Position numbers and translations under genes: made by a program. The notes beneath the pieces were generated by a model. It did not search any database. It saw only the letters and a list, made by a program, of their open reading frames with translations, and was not told the DNA's origin. Positions 1 through 10,778 of a stretch of 64,000 bases of DNA are shown one piece after another (the first letter of the stretch is position 1; each line of letters begins with the position of its first letter). Source of the stretch: Candidatus Thiodiazotropha sp. (GTDB lineage: Bacteria; Pseudomonadota; Gammaproteobacteria; Chromatiales; Chromatiaceae). The stretch is taken from the NCBI GenBank assembly GCA_037384445.1, contig JARRNY010000033.1, forward strand, positions 44 through 64,043, read 5' to 3'.

Positions 1-468
1 ATGAAGCGCTTTACCCATCTGCCTCAGGTGGTGCTCGGCGCGGCCTTCGGCTGGGCCGTGCCGATGGCTTTCATGGCCATCAATGAAACGATCACTCCCA
101 TAGCCTGGCTGCTCTTCATCAGCGCCATCATCTGGGCCCTGATCTACGATACCCAGTACGCCATGGTGGACCGGGAGGATGACCTGAAGATCGGCGTCAA
201 GTCGACAGCCATTCTGTTTGGCCGCTATGACAACCTGATCATCGGGCTTCTACAGCTGCTGATGCTGGCACTGCTGGTGCAGGTGGGAGTGATGGCAGGA
301 TTGGGTTGGGTCTACTACCTGGGGCTGTTGGTCGGCACCGCTCTGTTTGTCTATCAACAATGGTTGACCCGCGAACGCCAGCCCAAGGCCTGTTTTGACG
401 CCTTCCTCAATAACAATCTCTTTGGCATGGCGATCTTTCTCGGCCTGGTTTTCGACTATCTGCTTTAG
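1..468 (+). CDS. ubiA: 4-hydroxybenzoate octaprenyltransferase, 3' part (begins before window)
   Basis: [17 protein letters not shown] and [26 protein letters not shown] are hallmark UbiA motifs; multi-TM. Confidence 0.95.
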   Translation: MKRFTHLPQVVLGAAFGWAVPMAFMAINETITPIAWLLFISAIIWALIYDTQYAMVDREDDLKIGVKSTAILFGRYDNLIIGLLQLLMLALLVQVGVMAGLGWVYYLGLLVGTALFVYQQWLTRERQPKACFDAFLNNNLFGMAIFLGLVFDYLL

Positions 469-546
469 CCCGGATATTTCACCCGGCCGCTTAGAAGTGC
501 GAATAAGGTACGATCATCGCGTTCCCGGGTGAAGCATTCGGGCTAG
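465..546. mobile_element. ~80-bp MITE-like element with imperfect 21-bp terminal inverted repeats
   Basis: TAGCCCGGATATTTCACCCGG ... CCGGGTGAAGCATTCGGGCTA, bounded by TTAG/CTAG; a second copy of the left ~44 bp lies inverted at ~12497-12540. Confidence 0.7.
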
Positions 547-2936
547 TGAATCCCGACCCGCAGGGTGATCTGTTCGGGAGGAAGGCAGACCTGGTCGTTG
601 CAGGCCTGCAGACGAATCTCCACCGGCAGGGTCAGATGTGACGGGGTTTCGCCATCAGGCTCGACAAGGGCCTCGAGTGTGAGCTGGCCGGAGTAGAGCG
701 AGATCGGTGTCTCCTGGAATCCCAGCTGCTGATCCTCGCCGCTGGGGTAGTGAATCGATTTCAGCCTCCAGCCACTTCCGGCGGCGAGGGAGACCTCGGT
801 GCCGATCAGGTCTGGGTCGCCGGGCTGGTTGCTGTTGAGGTGCCAGCCGGTTGGAATGTCGAGTTCGATCTTCAGCTGTCGCACGCGCTTCGCCTGAGCC
901 TCAAGCTTGGCCTGCAGACGAATGCCGCCCTGCGCGGCGTAACCGGTGGTATCGAGTTCGCCCTGCAGATGATCCATGATGGCGCTGAGCATGTAGCTGT
1001 AGCTATAGGGCTGCTCCTGCAGGGCGTGGGCAAAGCGGCCGATCAGGTTATCCGTCTGCTGACGGTAGCGCGGATTGTCGCTGCGTTGGGCAAGCCGTTG
1101 CAGGACGCGCAGGGCCACCGAGGTGCCGGAAGGGGTGGCGCCATCGCCGCCTTCGTCCTTGGGTCTGCCCATGGCGGTGATACCGGCTTCGGCTTCGTTC
1201 ATATAGAAACCGCCCCCCTCATTGTCGAGGAAACGCTCCAGCAGAGCGTTGGCCAACTCCTCGGCGCGTGCCAGCCAGCGCGGCTCACCAGTGAGGTCGT
1301 AGAGAGCGAGCAGTGCCTCGGCGAAATAGGCGTAGTCCTCTTGCGCGGCGATGACCGAGGAGCGGCCAGCGAGATGGACCCGCCATAGCTGGCCTGGGCC
1401 GCGCCGGTTCTGCTGCCAGAGAAACTCGGCGGCCCGCTCAGCGGCCTGGCGGTAGTCGTTCGAGCCAAGCAGGCCGGCCGCTTCGGCGAAAGCGGTGATC
1501 ATCATGCCGTTCCAGGCGGTGACGATTTTGTCATCGCGCAACGGCGGCACCCGTTGATTGCGACTCTTGAGCAGCACCCCGTTGATGTGGTCGAGCCGCT
1601 GACGCAGCGTAGCAAGCTCCATCTTGTGCCTCTGCGCATACGCCTCCAGGGTCTGTTCCAAGTGAAGGATGTTGCGGCCCTCGAAGTTGCCGATGCGGGA
1701 GATCGAGTAGATCGATTTGGCCAGCTTTGCATCTTCGGCTTCCAAGGCGTTGCGGATCTCGCTAAGGGTCCAGGTGAAGAAGAGCCCCTCTTCGCCTTCA
1801 CTGTCGGCGTCGGTGGCGGAGTAGAAGCCCCCCTCCGGGGCTGTCATCTCGCGCAGCACATAGTCGAGGGTCTGGCTGGTGACCCGGCGATAGCGTTCGC
1901 GGCCGGTCAGGCGCCAGGCGCCGAGGTAGAGGCGGCTGAGATGGGCCTGGTTGTAGAGCATCTTTTCGAAGTGCGGCACCAGCCACTCATAGTCGGTGGA
2001 GTAGCGATGGAAGCCGCCGCTGATCTGGTCGTAGATACCGCCATGCATCATGTGGTCGAGGGTGGTGGTCAGCATCCCCAGGGCCTTGGCGTCGTTGTTT
2101 CGCTCAGCCTGGTCCAGCAGCAGGAAGAGCCAGGGCTCCTGCGGAAACTTCGGCGCCTGGCCGAAGCCGCCCTGAATCTCGTCGAAGATCTTAGCCATGG
2201 ACGCTACGGCGAGGGCCGCGATGGCTGGATCGAAGGCCTTGGAAGCGCCGCTAAGGCGGTTGTTCTCGGCCACCGCAGCAGCGATCTGGTCTGCCTGCGC
2301 ATCCACCTCTTGACGCCGCTCGCTCCACACTTGGGCCACCTGCTGGAGCAGGTCGGTGAACGCTTTGGGTGGGTAGTAGGTGCCACCGAAGAAGGGTTTG
2401 CCCTCTGGGGTCAGGAAGCTGGACATGGGCCAGCCGCCGCGGCCGCTGATCAGTGTCACCGCAGTCATATAGATCTGGTCCACATCGGGATGACTCTCCC
2501 GGTCGACCTTGATGGAGATGAAATGCTGATTCAGAAAAGCGGCAATGGCCGGGTCTTCGAAGCTCTCCCGCTCCATGACATGGCACCAGTGACAGGTGGA
2601 GTAACCAATGGAGAGGAAGACCGGCTTGTTCTCCTGTTTGGCCTGTTCGAAGGCCGCATCCGACCAGGGGTGCCAGTCGACCGGATTGTGAGCGTGTTGC
2701 AGCAGGTAGGGGGAGTCCTCCAGAATCAGCCGGTTGATGTAGGTTGGCGTGCCGTCCTCGTTGAAGTGTTCGGTACGCGGGTGGTAGCCGGCGCCTTTTG
2801 CGCGGTAGGCTTGAGTCAGTTGTTCCTGCAGTTCCACGGATCTTGCTATCCCTTCGTGTTGGGTGATGGCTTGAGTCGGCAGGCTGATACCCAGCCAGAG
2901 CAGTGCGAACAGGTTTTTCCGATGCATCAGATACAC
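543..2936 (-). CDS. YyaL/DUF255 thioredoxin-like + (alpha/alpha)6 barrel protein with signal peptide and C-terminal DsbD N-domain-like module
   Basis: [59 protein letters not shown]; C-terminal GWHLNSN...[12 protein letters not shown]; hydrophobic N-terminus. Confidence 0.9.
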   Translation of the reverse strand: MYLMHRKNLFALLWLGISLPTQAITQHEGIARSVELQEQLTQAYRAKGAGYHPRTEHFNEDGTPTYINRLILEDSPYLLQHAHNPVDWHPWSDAAFEQAKQENKPVFLSIGYSTCHWCHVMERESFEDPAIAAFLNQHFISIKVDRESHPDVDQIYMTAVTLISGRGGWPMSSFLTPEGKPFFGGTYYPPKAFTDLLQQVAQVWSERRQEVDAQADQIAAAVAENNRLSGASKAFDPAIAALAVASMAKIFDEIQGGFGQAPKFPQEPWLFLLLDQAERNNDAKALGMLTTTLDHMMHGGIYDQISGGFHRYSTDYEWLVPHFEKMLYNQAHLSRLYLGAWRLTGRERYRRVTSQTLDYVLREMTAPEGGFYSATDADSEGEEGLFFTWTLSEIRNALEAEDAKLAKSIYSISRIGNFEGRNILHLEQTLEAYAQRHKMELATLRQRLDHINGVLLKSRNQRVPPLRDDKIVTAWNGMMITAFAEAAGLLGSNDYRQAAERAAEFLWQQNRRGPGQLWRVHLAGRSSVIAAQEDYAYFAEALLALYDLTGEPRWLARAEELANALLERFLDNEGGGFYMNEAEAGITAMGRPKDEGGDGATPSGTSVALRVLQRLAQRSDNPRYRQQTDNLIGRFAHALQEQPYSYSYMLSAIMDHLQGELDTTGYAAQGGIRLQAKLEAQAKRVRQLKIELDIPTGWHLNSNQPGDPDLIGTEVSLAAGSGWRLKSIHYPSGEDQQLGFQETPISLYSGQLTLEALVEPDGETPSHLTLPVEIRLQACNDQVCLPPEQITLRVGIH

Positions 2937-3158
2937 GCTCGTGGGTGGCCGCTTGCTTCTGCTTTAGAGTCCTGGCCAGCCGAGAGTTCGTGCGAGGGTT
3001 GACGAACTGGTCTGCTGAACGGTTGGCTACGACTGTTGTCAGTTGGCTGAGTTATTCGTATTGAATTGGTCTAAAGACCATTCTGGCAGTTGAACTGCCG
3101 GGGAAAAACATTCAGGCTGTCTGGAAATCACTGCGGCCTGTGGCAGAATGGAACCTCT

Positions 3159-3584
3159 ATGCAGCACAAGCACGCCCTTCGAATTCTTGCTCTCTCCCTC
3201 TGGCTGACCCTGGGTTGCTTGTTGCCCGCTATTGCCTTGGCGGATGATTTTGACGAAGCTGTGTCGGCCTTGGCTGACGGCGACTACCGGATTGCCTATC
3301 GGGGATTCAAGCGCCTGGCACAGCAGGACCATCCGCAGGCTCAATTCCAGCTCGGTATGCTCTATCTTGCGGGTCAGGGAGTGGAGATGGACGTTGCGCA
3401 GGGCATAGAATGGCTCGAGCGCGCCGCCAATGGCGGCCTCTATCTGGCAGCCAATGAGTTGGCGCAGATCTATCTCGCGGGCCGTGGCGTGGCGCCGGAT
3501 GAGCAGGAGGCGATGAAATGGGTGGAGTTGGCGACCAAACTGGCAGAGCAGAACAGTGATGAGGCGGATGAAGGTTGTGAATGA
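3159..3584 (+). CDS. Sel1-like repeat (TPR) exported protein
   Basis: Signal peptide then AQFQLGMLYLAGQGV and ELAQIYLAGRGVAPD repeats; start placed at ATG 3159. Confidence 0.85.
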   Translation: MQHKHALRILALSLWLTLGCLLPAIALADDFDEAVSALADGDYRIAYRGFKRLAQQDHPQAQFQLGMLYLAGQGVEMDVAQGIEWLERAANGGLYLAANELAQIYLAGRGVAPDEQEAMKWVELATKLAEQNSDEADEGCE

Positions 3585-3629
3585 AGGCTACGCATGGACC
3601 CTCGCGCCTGAACCGGATTGTCGCCGCCG

Positions 3630-5261
3630 ATGATGAAATTCCGCGACTTCGGCTTCAACGAGAATCCCTTCTCCATCACCCCTGATCCGCGCTATCTCTA
3701 CCTCAGTCGCGGTCATGAGGAGAGCCTGGCTCACCTGATCTATGGCACCGGACCCAACGGCGGCTTCGTGCTGCTCACCGGCGAGGTAGGCACGGGCAAG
3801 ACCCTGTTGATCCGCAGCCTGCTTGCACAGCAGCTGAGTGACGTGGAACTCGCCCTGGTGCTCAATCCTCGGCTCTCACGCCGCGAATTCCTGGCAACCA
3901 TCTGCGATGAACTGGGTATCGAATACCCCGGCCCTCCTTACTCCCTCAAACAGTTGATGGATACCCTTTCCCGGCACCTGCTCAAGACCCACAGCGAAGG
4001 ACGCCATACAGTGCTGGTGGTCGACGAGGCGCAGAATCTCAGTCCGCGGGTACTGGAGCAGGTTCGGCTGCTGACCAACCTGGAGACCACCCGCCACAAA
4101 CTGCTGCGTATCATCCTTGTCGGCCAACCAGAGCTGCTGCAGATGCTGGAGCGAAAAGAGCTCCGGCAGGTCGATCAGCGGATTACCGCCCGTTACCACC
4201 TCTCGCCCCTGGAACGCCAGGAGACGGCGCGTTATATCACCCATCGGTTGGCGGTCGCCGGTATCCGGGAAGACCTCTTTACGCCAATGGCCATGCGCAT
4301 GATTCATCGTTACTCCAGGGGTGTGCCGCGCATGATCAACACCCTCTGTGAGCGAGTGCTGCTGGCCATCTTCACCCAGGGTAGAGAGCGTGCCAATGTG
4401 GTGCTGGTGTGGATGGCGGCGCGTGAGGTGCGTGGCCGAAAACGCCGCTCACCGGTTTTGGCTTGGTCAGTTTTTACCTTGGCGATAGCGGCGCCAGCTG
4501 TGGAGAGTGCACAGGTCGAGCCGGCCAGTGTTGCTTCCCCTATGCCATCCAGTGAAGAAGTCGTGACTGTCGCCGAAGCGCCGGCGGCTGAACTGCCGGA
4601 GAATCCGCCAGTGGATGATCAGGTGGAAAGCTTCGATTTGCAGCGTCTGTTCCGCCTGCCGCAGAAGCAGAATCAGCTCTATCAGACCCTCTATTCGCTC
4701 TGGGGTGAGAGCTACCAGACTCAATCACCTGAGACACCCTGCATGCAGGCACCAATGAGTGGCTTGCGCTGTTTGCGCGATCGGGGGGACTGGAAGCAGA
4801 TTGATGATCTCAATCGGCCCCTGCTGCTGCGTCTGGTACAGGAGAAGCGCTCCAGATTGTTGCTGCTCAAGCTGAAAGACAACGACCTTCTGGTGGTTGA
4901 TGACGGTCGCGGCGAGGCACTGCTGGAGACCTCAAAGCTAGAGAGCTACTGGGATGGGGAGTTTGTCTTGCTCTGGCGGCCTCACGGCGGAGTGGCGCTG
5001 ATCGGAGAAGGTTCCACCGGCGAGGCGGTGACCTGGCTGCGTCAGCAATTGCTTCAGTTCGATCACCAGCCGGTAACACCGGTGGTCGGAGTCGACCGCT
5101 TCGATGAAACGCTGAAACACCGCCTGCAGGCATTCCAGCGGCAGCACGGACTTGTCGATGATGGGGTGGCGGGACAGCAGACCCTCATCTACCTGAATAA
5201 TCTGACGCTGATGCCGGGTACGCCCACCTTATTGGCGGATGCAGGAATGGGGGAGGGTTGA
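3630..5261 (+). CDS. exeA: ExeA/GspA AAA ATPase with C-terminal peptidoglycan-binding domain
   Basis: PFSITPDPRYLYLS, Walker A GEVGTGKT, VVDEAQNL, C-terminal FQRQHGLVDDGVAG. Confidence 0.9.
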   Translation: MMKFRDFGFNENPFSITPDPRYLYLSRGHEESLAHLIYGTGPNGGFVLLTGEVGTGKTLLIRSLLAQQLSDVELALVLNPRLSRREFLATICDELGIEYPGPPYSLKQLMDTLSRHLLKTHSEGRHTVLVVDEAQNLSPRVLEQVRLLTNLETTRHKLLRIILVGQPELLQMLERKELRQVDQRITARYHLSPLERQETARYITHRLAVAGIREDLFTPMAMRMIHRYSRGVPRMINTLCERVLLAIFTQGRERANVVLVWMAAREVRGRKRRSPVLAWSVFTLAIAAPAVESAQVEPASVASPMPSSEEVVTVAEAPAAELPENPPVDDQVESFDLQRLFRLPQKQNQLYQTLYSLWGESYQTQSPETPCMQAPMSGLRCLRDRGDWKQIDDLNRPLLLRLVQEKRSRLLLLKLKDNDLLVVDDGRGEALLETSKLESYWDGEFVLLWRPHGGVALIGEGSTGEAVTWLRQQLLQFDHQPVTPVVGVDRFDETLKHRLQAFQRQHGLVDDGVAGQQTLIYLNNLTLMPGTPTLLADAGMGEG

Positions 5262-5262
5262 G

Positions 5263-5844
5263 ATGTCCTTGATACTGGAGGCGCTGAAGAAGGCGGAACG
5301 GCAGCACAAACTGGGTGAGGTACCCAGTCTCGGCGCCCAGCCGAGCGACCCACCACCACCAGGTATGCGTGGAATGGGGTGGCTGCTGCTGGTTCTGTTT
5401 GCCTGCCTGATGCTCGGTCTGGGGCTCTACCTGGGTGGCTTCCGCCTCGCGCCGCCAGCAGAACAAGGGCCGATCGTATCGACGCCCCCTGCCACACCGC
5501 CCCCTGTGATATCGGAACCGACGCCACAGCCCTTGGCTCCGGCTCCGCTAGCGGAGGTCGTGCCCGAAGCGCCAATTGAGAATATACCGCCCCCTCCGCC
5601 ACCGAAGCCTGCGCGGCCACTCAACGAGATGCCGAGTGGTTACGTCGCCAATCTGCCAAGCCTCAATATCGATATTCACAGCTACGATAAACAGCCCTCC
5701 AAGCGCTATGTACTGATCAATATGGAGCGCTACCACGAAGGCGACTATCTGGCAGAGGGCCCGCAATTGATCGAGGTTCTCACCGATGGGGTGGTTCTGG
5801 AACACCTGGGAGAGCGCTTCATTCTGCCGATCGGTAATCAGTAG
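5263..5844 (+). CDS. exeB: ExeB/GspB general secretion pathway protein B
   Basis: MSLILEALKKAERQ N-terminus, TM, Pro-rich linker, IDIHSYDKQPSKRYVLIN C-domain; directly follows exeA. Confidence 0.85.
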   Translation: MSLILEALKKAERQHKLGEVPSLGAQPSDPPPPGMRGMGWLLLVLFACLMLGLGLYLGGFRLAPPAEQGPIVSTPPATPPPVISEPTPQPLAPAPLAEVVPEAPIENIPPPPPPKPARPLNEMPSGYVANLPSLNIDIHSYDKQPSKRYVLINMERYHEGDYLAEGPQLIEVLTDGVVLEHLGERFILPIGNQ

Positions 5845-5924
5845 GCAGATGTGCCGCAGGGTTAGTCCCCGCAAAGATAGCGTCGGTGACAGCCCCGTTT
5901 GAATAACAGCGACGACTGACTTCC

Positions 5925-6782
5925 CTATAAGACCTTGCCCAGCGGATTGAGCAGATGGAGCAGATTGTTCATCTCCGGCTCCATCAGATCACCGATTTCG
6001 CTACAGCCCGCCAGGGTAACGCCCAGCCGCTTCAGAGACTCCGGGTGCGGTTGCATCACTCCCTCATCGATCGGCAGACCGGTGGCGCGGGCACGCGCCA
6101 TCTGGTTGGCAAGGTGGACCGTCGCTGTGGCCAGAGGATCGCGCAGGGCGCGCATCGGCTCCGGGTGGTACTCGGTCGATTCGATCAATGATTCAGGCAG
6201 CTGCCACTGGCGCATCAGTGTGGCGCCGACCCGGGCATAGTCGAGCCCAAGCACCTCCCGTTCCACCTCGACCAGCGGACGCGCCTGCTCCAAAGAGAGC
6301 TGATCCGCATACAGGGACTCCTTTGGGATGCTCTGGTAGAGGATGAGGTGTCCCAGGTCGCTCAGCAGTCCCGCGACGAAGAGCCGTTCAGGCTGCACCA
6401 TATGACAGACCTTGGCCAGCTGCTGCGCCACCAGGCCGCAGAAGACACTCTGGCGCCAGAAACTCGCGACATCGTGCAGATTTGGGTCGATGCCGCTGAA
6501 ACTGTGGGCAACAGCGGTCGCCAACGCCAGGTCGTGGATCTGCTGAGTGCCAAGCAGGCTTACCGCACGGGGGATGTTGTCTATCCGATTGGCGAGACCG
6601 AAGTAGGGGCTGTTGACCAGTCTCAGTATGCGAGTGGTCAGGGCAGGGTCGTAGCTGATGGCTTCAGCTACCTCCTGCACGGTGTAGTTGGGACTTCTGA
6701 GTACCCCTTTGAGCTTCAGGTAGGCCTCGGGAAGGCTGATCAGCTTGGCATCGCGGGTGACCCTCTCCCATAGGGTGGACAT
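5925..6782 (-). CDS. Stand-alone HDOD domain protein
   Basis: DPALTTRILRLVNSPYFG, FVAGLLSDLGHL, WQLPESL motifs. Confidence 0.9.
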   Translation of the reverse strand: MSTLWERVTRDAKLISLPEAYLKLKGVLRSPNYTVQEVAEAISYDPALTTRILRLVNSPYFGLANRIDNIPRAVSLLGTQQIHDLALATAVAHSFSGIDPNLHDVASFWRQSVFCGLVAQQLAKVCHMVQPERLFVAGLLSDLGHLILYQSIPKESLYADQLSLEQARPLVEVEREVLGLDYARVGATLMRQWQLPESLIESTEYHPEPMRALRDPLATATVHLANQMARARATGLPIDEGVMQPHPESLKRLGVTLAGCSEIGDLMEPEMNNLLHLLNPLGKVL

Positions 6783-6871
6783 GGTGTTACCTCAAAACGT
6801 TGGGGTGAAGAGTCGGGTCGGTAAAGAACTCTGCTTCAGTATAACAACAGCCAGCAATTCGGTTATCCCTC

Positions 6872-7579
6872 TTATGCCTGTGGCGTCCTTGCCAGTGCCC
6901 AGACGTCGACCCGATCGGCACCTGCACGAAGCAGTGCCTGGCTAGCGGCGGTGACAGTGCTGCCGGTTGTTATCACATCGTCGAAAAGTGCGATGTGCCG
7001 GCCAGCGAGCGCCGAGTCGGCCTCGAATGCAGACTTCAGGTTTCGGCGCCTGGCGTTTAAGTCGAGACCTGTTTGCGGTGGTGTCGGACGCGTACGCCGG
7101 CAGTGCTGCCAGTTGATCCTCAGGTCGAATTCGGCGGCAACTCTGCGGGCCAGTTCCAGCGATTGATTGAAACCACGCTCACGCAGTCGATGGGGATGGA
7201 GGGGAATCGGCACAATGAGCTCGGGCATGGGCAGGTTGTCTGGCGCCAGTTGGCAGAAGAGTCGGCTCAAGGGTTTGGCCAGATGGAGTTTGTGGCCGAA
7301 TTTGAACTCACCGATCAGCCGGCTCAAGGGTGGGTGGTAGAGCAGAGGCACACAACTTGTGGCAAAGGGCGGAGGGTGCCGGATGCAGTGGCCGCAGGGT
7401 TGCCCGGCTCCGCCGCTGACGGGTAAGGCGCAATGTGGACAGGCTGGGTTATTGAGCGGTAGTTCTGCACGACAGGCTGGGCAGAGGTTGATGTCCTGAG
7501 CGAGCGGGCTTGCGCAGACGGTGCAATGGTGGGGAAAGAGGGTGGATCGTACAAAAAATAGACAGTTGTTAACCTGCAT
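6872..7579 (-). CDS. comF: ComF family protein (zinc ribbon + phosphoribosyltransferase)
   Basis: CxxC pairs, PIPLHPHRLRERGFNQS, DDVITTGST; divergent from bioB. Confidence 0.9.
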   Translation of the reverse strand: MQVNNCLFFVRSTLFPHHCTVCASPLAQDINLCPACRAELPLNNPACPHCALPVSGGAGQPCGHCIRHPPPFATSCVPLLYHPPLSRLIGEFKFGHKLHLAKPLSRLFCQLAPDNLPMPELIVPIPLHPHRLRERGFNQSLELARRVAAEFDLRINWQHCRRTRPTPPQTGLDLNARRRNLKSAFEADSALAGRHIALFDDVITTGSTVTAASQALLRAGADRVDVWALARTPQA

Positions 7580-7598
7580 AACCTTCCTTGGTTGACAG
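7566..7598. promoter_or_regulatory. BirA operator (bioO)
   Basis: TTGTTAACC-N15-GGTTGACAG resembles the TTGTAAACC-N14/16-GGTTTACAA consensus, ~50 bp upstream of bioB and overlapping the comF start. Confidence 0.8.
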
Positions 7599-7648
7599 TT
7601 GCTTGACAATCAGGTCTATTTCGCACTCTTCAATCGCTAAACGAGCCG

Positions 7649-8671
7649 GTGCGCAACATGACTGAGACCACTATACGCCATGACTGGGAACTGGATGAAA
7701 TCGAGTCCCTGCTCAACCAGCCCTTTAACGACCTGATCTTCCAGGCACAGCAGGTCCACCGGGCCCATTTCGATCCCAACCGGGTACAGATGAGTAGCCT
7801 GCTCAGTATCAAAACCGGCGCCTGTGCAGAGGATTGCGGATACTGCTCTCAGAGCGCCAAACACACCACAGGTCTGGAGGCGGAGAAGCTGATGCCCCTG
7901 GATGACGTGGTGGAAGCGGCAGAGGCCGCCAAGGCCAAGGGCGCCACTCGTTTCTGCATGGGCGCCGCCTGGCGCAACCCTACCGACAAGAACCTCTCCA
8001 GGGTGATCGAGATGGTGCAAGCGGTGCACGGACTCGGTATGGAGACCTGCCTCACCCTCGGTATGCTGACCCAGCCCCAGGCCGAGCGCCTGCGCGAGGC
8101 AGGGCTCGACTACTACAACCACAATCTCGACACCTCGCCGGAGTTCTACGGCAATGTCATCACCACCCGTACCTTCGATGACCGGTTGGATACCCTGGCC
8201 CATGTGCGCGATGCGGGCATCAACGTCTGCTCCGGCGGCATTCTCGGTATGGGGGAATCGCGGCGGGATCGTGCCAGCATGCTGCGCGAACTGACCAATC
8301 TGCCGAAACACCCCGAGTCGGTGCCGATCAATATGCTGGTGCAGGTGGAGGGTACCCCCCTGTTCGGCGCCGAAGAGCTTGATCCCCTGGAGTTCGTACG
8401 CACCATCGCCAGCGCGCGCATCCTGATGCCCGCCTCCTACGTGCGTCTCTCCGCTGGCCGTAGCGAGATGAGCGACGAGATGCAGGCGCTCTGTTTTCTG
8501 GCGGGCGCCAACTCCATCTTCTATGGCGAACGCCTGTTGACCACCGACAATCCGGAGGCCGATCGCGATCAGGCCCTGTTGGCACGGCTCGGCATGCAGA
8601 CAGAAGAGGCCATCGAGACCGAGGTCAAGGCGGCCAAGGTCCCCTGTAGCAAGCAAGCACAGGCGGTCTGA
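7649..8671 (+). CDS. bioB: Biotin synthase
   Basis: [15 protein letters not shown] radical-SAM motif, [15 protein letters not shown]. Confidence 0.98.
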   Translation: MRNMTETTIRHDWELDEIESLLNQPFNDLIFQAQQVHRAHFDPNRVQMSSLLSIKTGACAEDCGYCSQSAKHTTGLEAEKLMPLDDVVEAAEAAKAKGATRFCMGAAWRNPTDKNLSRVIEMVQAVHGLGMETCLTLGMLTQPQAERLREAGLDYYNHNLDTSPEFYGNVITTRTFDDRLDTLAHVRDAGINVCSGGILGMGESRRDRASMLRELTNLPKHPESVPINMLVQVEGTPLFGAEELDPLEFVRTIASARILMPASYVRLSAGRSEMSDEMQALCFLAGANSIFYGERLLTTDNPEADRDQALLARLGMQTEEAIETEVKAAKVPCSKQAQAV

Positions 8672-8829
8672 TTGAGCAGTGGCCGGAGCGGTGAAGAGTG
8701 CGGTTAACTCCATCGTTCAGAGGCCAGATAGACCAGTAGGCCTTAACCCGGCCCTGGCAAAGCCTCCATCGGCTCCCGCATGAAAACTCAGTTCAACCCA
8801 CGGTGCTTGATAAGGTATTGAGAGTCAGC

Positions 8830-10005
8830 ATGAGCGAATCCATGAATCAACAGCTGACATCGGCGCTGCATCAACGTCGCGAGGAGGATCTCTACCGCAG
8901 CCGACGCATCGCCGAGTCGGCCCAGCAGCCGGAGATGCGTATCGACGGCCGCTCCCTGCTCGCCTTCTGCAGCAACGACTATCTGGGGCTAGCCAACCAC
9001 CCCGATGTGGTTCGCGCCATGCAACAGGGGGTTGCTGACTATGGTGCCGGCAGCGGCGCGGCGCATCTCATCACCGGCCACACGGTGGTGCATCATGCGC
9101 TGGAGGAGGAGCTGGCTGAGTTTACCGGCCGCCCGCGGGCGCTGCTTTTCTCCACCGGCTACATGGCCAACCTGGGGGTGGTCTCCGCGCTGTTGCGGCG
9201 GGGAGACTACATCTACCAAGACCGCCTCAACCACGCCTCCCTGCTCGATGCGGGCCTGCTCAGCCCGGCCCGCATGCTGCGCTACCCCCATGCCGACGCT
9301 GGTGCGCTGGATAGACAGCTGGCGGAGGGCGGTAGCGGTCGGCGCCTGATCGTTACCGATGGCGTCTTCAGTATGGACGGCGACCTGGCGCCCCTGCCGG
9401 AGCTGGCCAGTCTGGCGCAGGCTCACGATGCCTGGCTGATGGTGGATGACGCCCATGGCCTGGGGGTGCTGGGAACGGAGGGTCGAGGCTGCCTGGATCA
9501 TTTCGGTCTGGCTATCGAGCAGGCACCCATCCTGATGGGTACCCTGGGCAAGGCCTTTGGCACTTTCGGCGCCTTTGTCGCCGGCAGTGAGACCTTGATC
9601 GAGACTCTGATCCAGCAGGCGCGCAGCTATGTCTACACCACTGCGCCGCCGCCGGCAGTGGCGGCGGCGACTCGTGTCAGTCTGCGTATAGCCCGCCAGG
9701 AGTCCTGGCGGCGGGAGCGCCTGCGCCATCTCGTTGCCCGCTTTCGCGAGGGGGCCGAAGCCCTGGGTTTGCCGCTGATGGAGTCGCCGACGCCAATCCA
9801 GCCGATCCTGGCCGGTAGTGCCGAGCAGGCACTTGCCTGGAGCCGGCAGCTGGAGGCACAGGGCATTCTGGTCAGCGCCATCCGCCCGCCCACTGTACCG
9901 GCGGACAGTGCCCGCCTGCGCGTCACCTTCAGCGCCAACCACACCGACAGACATCTGGAGCGCCTGCTGGCGGCGCTCGCCACCCTCGATCGGGAGGCGC
10001 TATGA
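8830..10005 (+). CDS. bioF: 8-amino-7-oxononanoate synthase
   Basis: [38 protein letters not shown]. Confidence 0.97.
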   Translation: MSESMNQQLTSALHQRREEDLYRSRRIAESAQQPEMRIDGRSLLAFCSNDYLGLANHPDVVRAMQQGVADYGAGSGAAHLITGHTVVHHALEEELAEFTGRPRALLFSTGYMANLGVVSALLRRGDYIYQDRLNHASLLDAGLLSPARMLRYPHADAGALDRQLAEGGSGRRLIVTDGVFSMDGDLAPLPELASLAQAHDAWLMVDDAHGLGVLGTEGRGCLDHFGLAIEQAPILMGTLGKAFGTFGAFVAGSETLIETLIQQARSYVYTTAPPPAVAAATRVSLRIARQESWRRERLRHLVARFREGAEALGLPLMESPTPIQPILAGSAEQALAWSRQLEAQGILVSAIRPPTVPADSARLRVTFSANHTDRHLERLLAALATLDREAL

Positions 10006-10778
10006 CACTGGCGACTGAGGTCCGCGGTGAGGGGCTTGATCTGGTCATGCTCCATGGTTGGGGTATGAACTCATCGGTCTGGGCCGATTTTGCCCATGAG
10101 CTGGCGAGTGACTACCGGGTGACCCTGATTGACCTGCCGGGACACGGGCACAGCCCCTTCCGCGGCCAGCAGGCGCTGGCTGGCTGGGCCGCTGATTGTC
10201 TTGCGGTTGCGCCACCGAAGGCGATCTGGCTTGGCTGGTCCCTCGGCAGCATGGTTGCCCTGCAGGCGGCCCATCTGGCGCCTGAGCGGGTGACAGGTGT
10301 GATGGTGGTGGCCGGCATGCCCCGTTTCGTGCAGGGGGAGGACTGGCCTCATGCCATGGCGCCACGAACCCTCGACCTCTTCATTCAGGCGCTGGGCGAT
10401 GATCACAGCAAAGCGCTGGAGCGCTTCCTTGCGCTGCAGATGCTCGGTAGCGATATGGCCCAGGAGAATGTGCGCCGTCTCAAGCAACGCCTGCGTGAGC
10501 GCCCCGACCCCCACCCCGAGGCCCTGGAGGCCGGACTCGATCTGCTGAAGTTTGCCGACCTGCGCCCCACCCTGAGTCAGCTGACCTGTCCCACCGCCTG
10601 GCTGTATGGGGATCGGGATACCCTGGCGCCGTGCAAGGCCTCCGAACTCCTGCCGGACTGGCTGCCCGAGGTAGCCACTGAAGTTATCCCCGGTGCCGCC
10701 CATACCCCTTTTCTCTCTCATCCGGCTGAGACGCGCCGTGCGGTGAGCCGTTTTCTGGAGCAGTTCGATGCCGCCTGA
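10002..10778 (+). CDS. bioH: Pimeloyl-ACP methyl ester carboxylesterase
   Basis: LHGWGMN, GWSLG nucleophile elbow, AHTPFLSHP; within bio operon. Confidence 0.95.
   Translation: MTLATEVRGEGLDLVMLHGWGMNSSVWADFAHELASDYRVTLIDLPGHGHSPFRGQQALAGWAADCLAVAPPKAIWLGWSLGSMVALQAAHLAPERVTGVMVVAGMPRFVQGEDWPHAMAPRTLDLFIQALGDDHSKALERFLALQMLGSDMAQENVRRLKQRLRERPDPHPEALEAGLDLLKFADLRPTLSQLTCPTAWLYGDRDTLAPCKASELLPDWLPEVATEVIPGAAHTPFLSHPAETRRAVSRFLEQFDAA

Noticed and set aside
750-3002. Long plus-strand ORFs (212 and 482 aa) opposite yyaL, and similar shadow ORFs opposite bioB, bioF, rpoH, ftsY, the M16 genes, the aldolase and DUF2339
   Set aside because: Antisense frames of well-supported genes in GC-rich DNA with no recognisable motifs.
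3097-3119. CCGGGGAAAAACATTCAGGCTG resembles the right TIR of the 465-546 element
   Set aside because: Several mismatches and no clear partner end; too weak to call.
4440-4520. ExeA transmembrane segment looks short (possible small in-frame deletion)
   Set aside because: This linker is highly variable in the family; it cannot be judged without an alignment.
8672-8829. 158-bp gap inside the bio operon as a possible RNA element
   Set aside because: No convincing hairpin, repeat or known motif seen.
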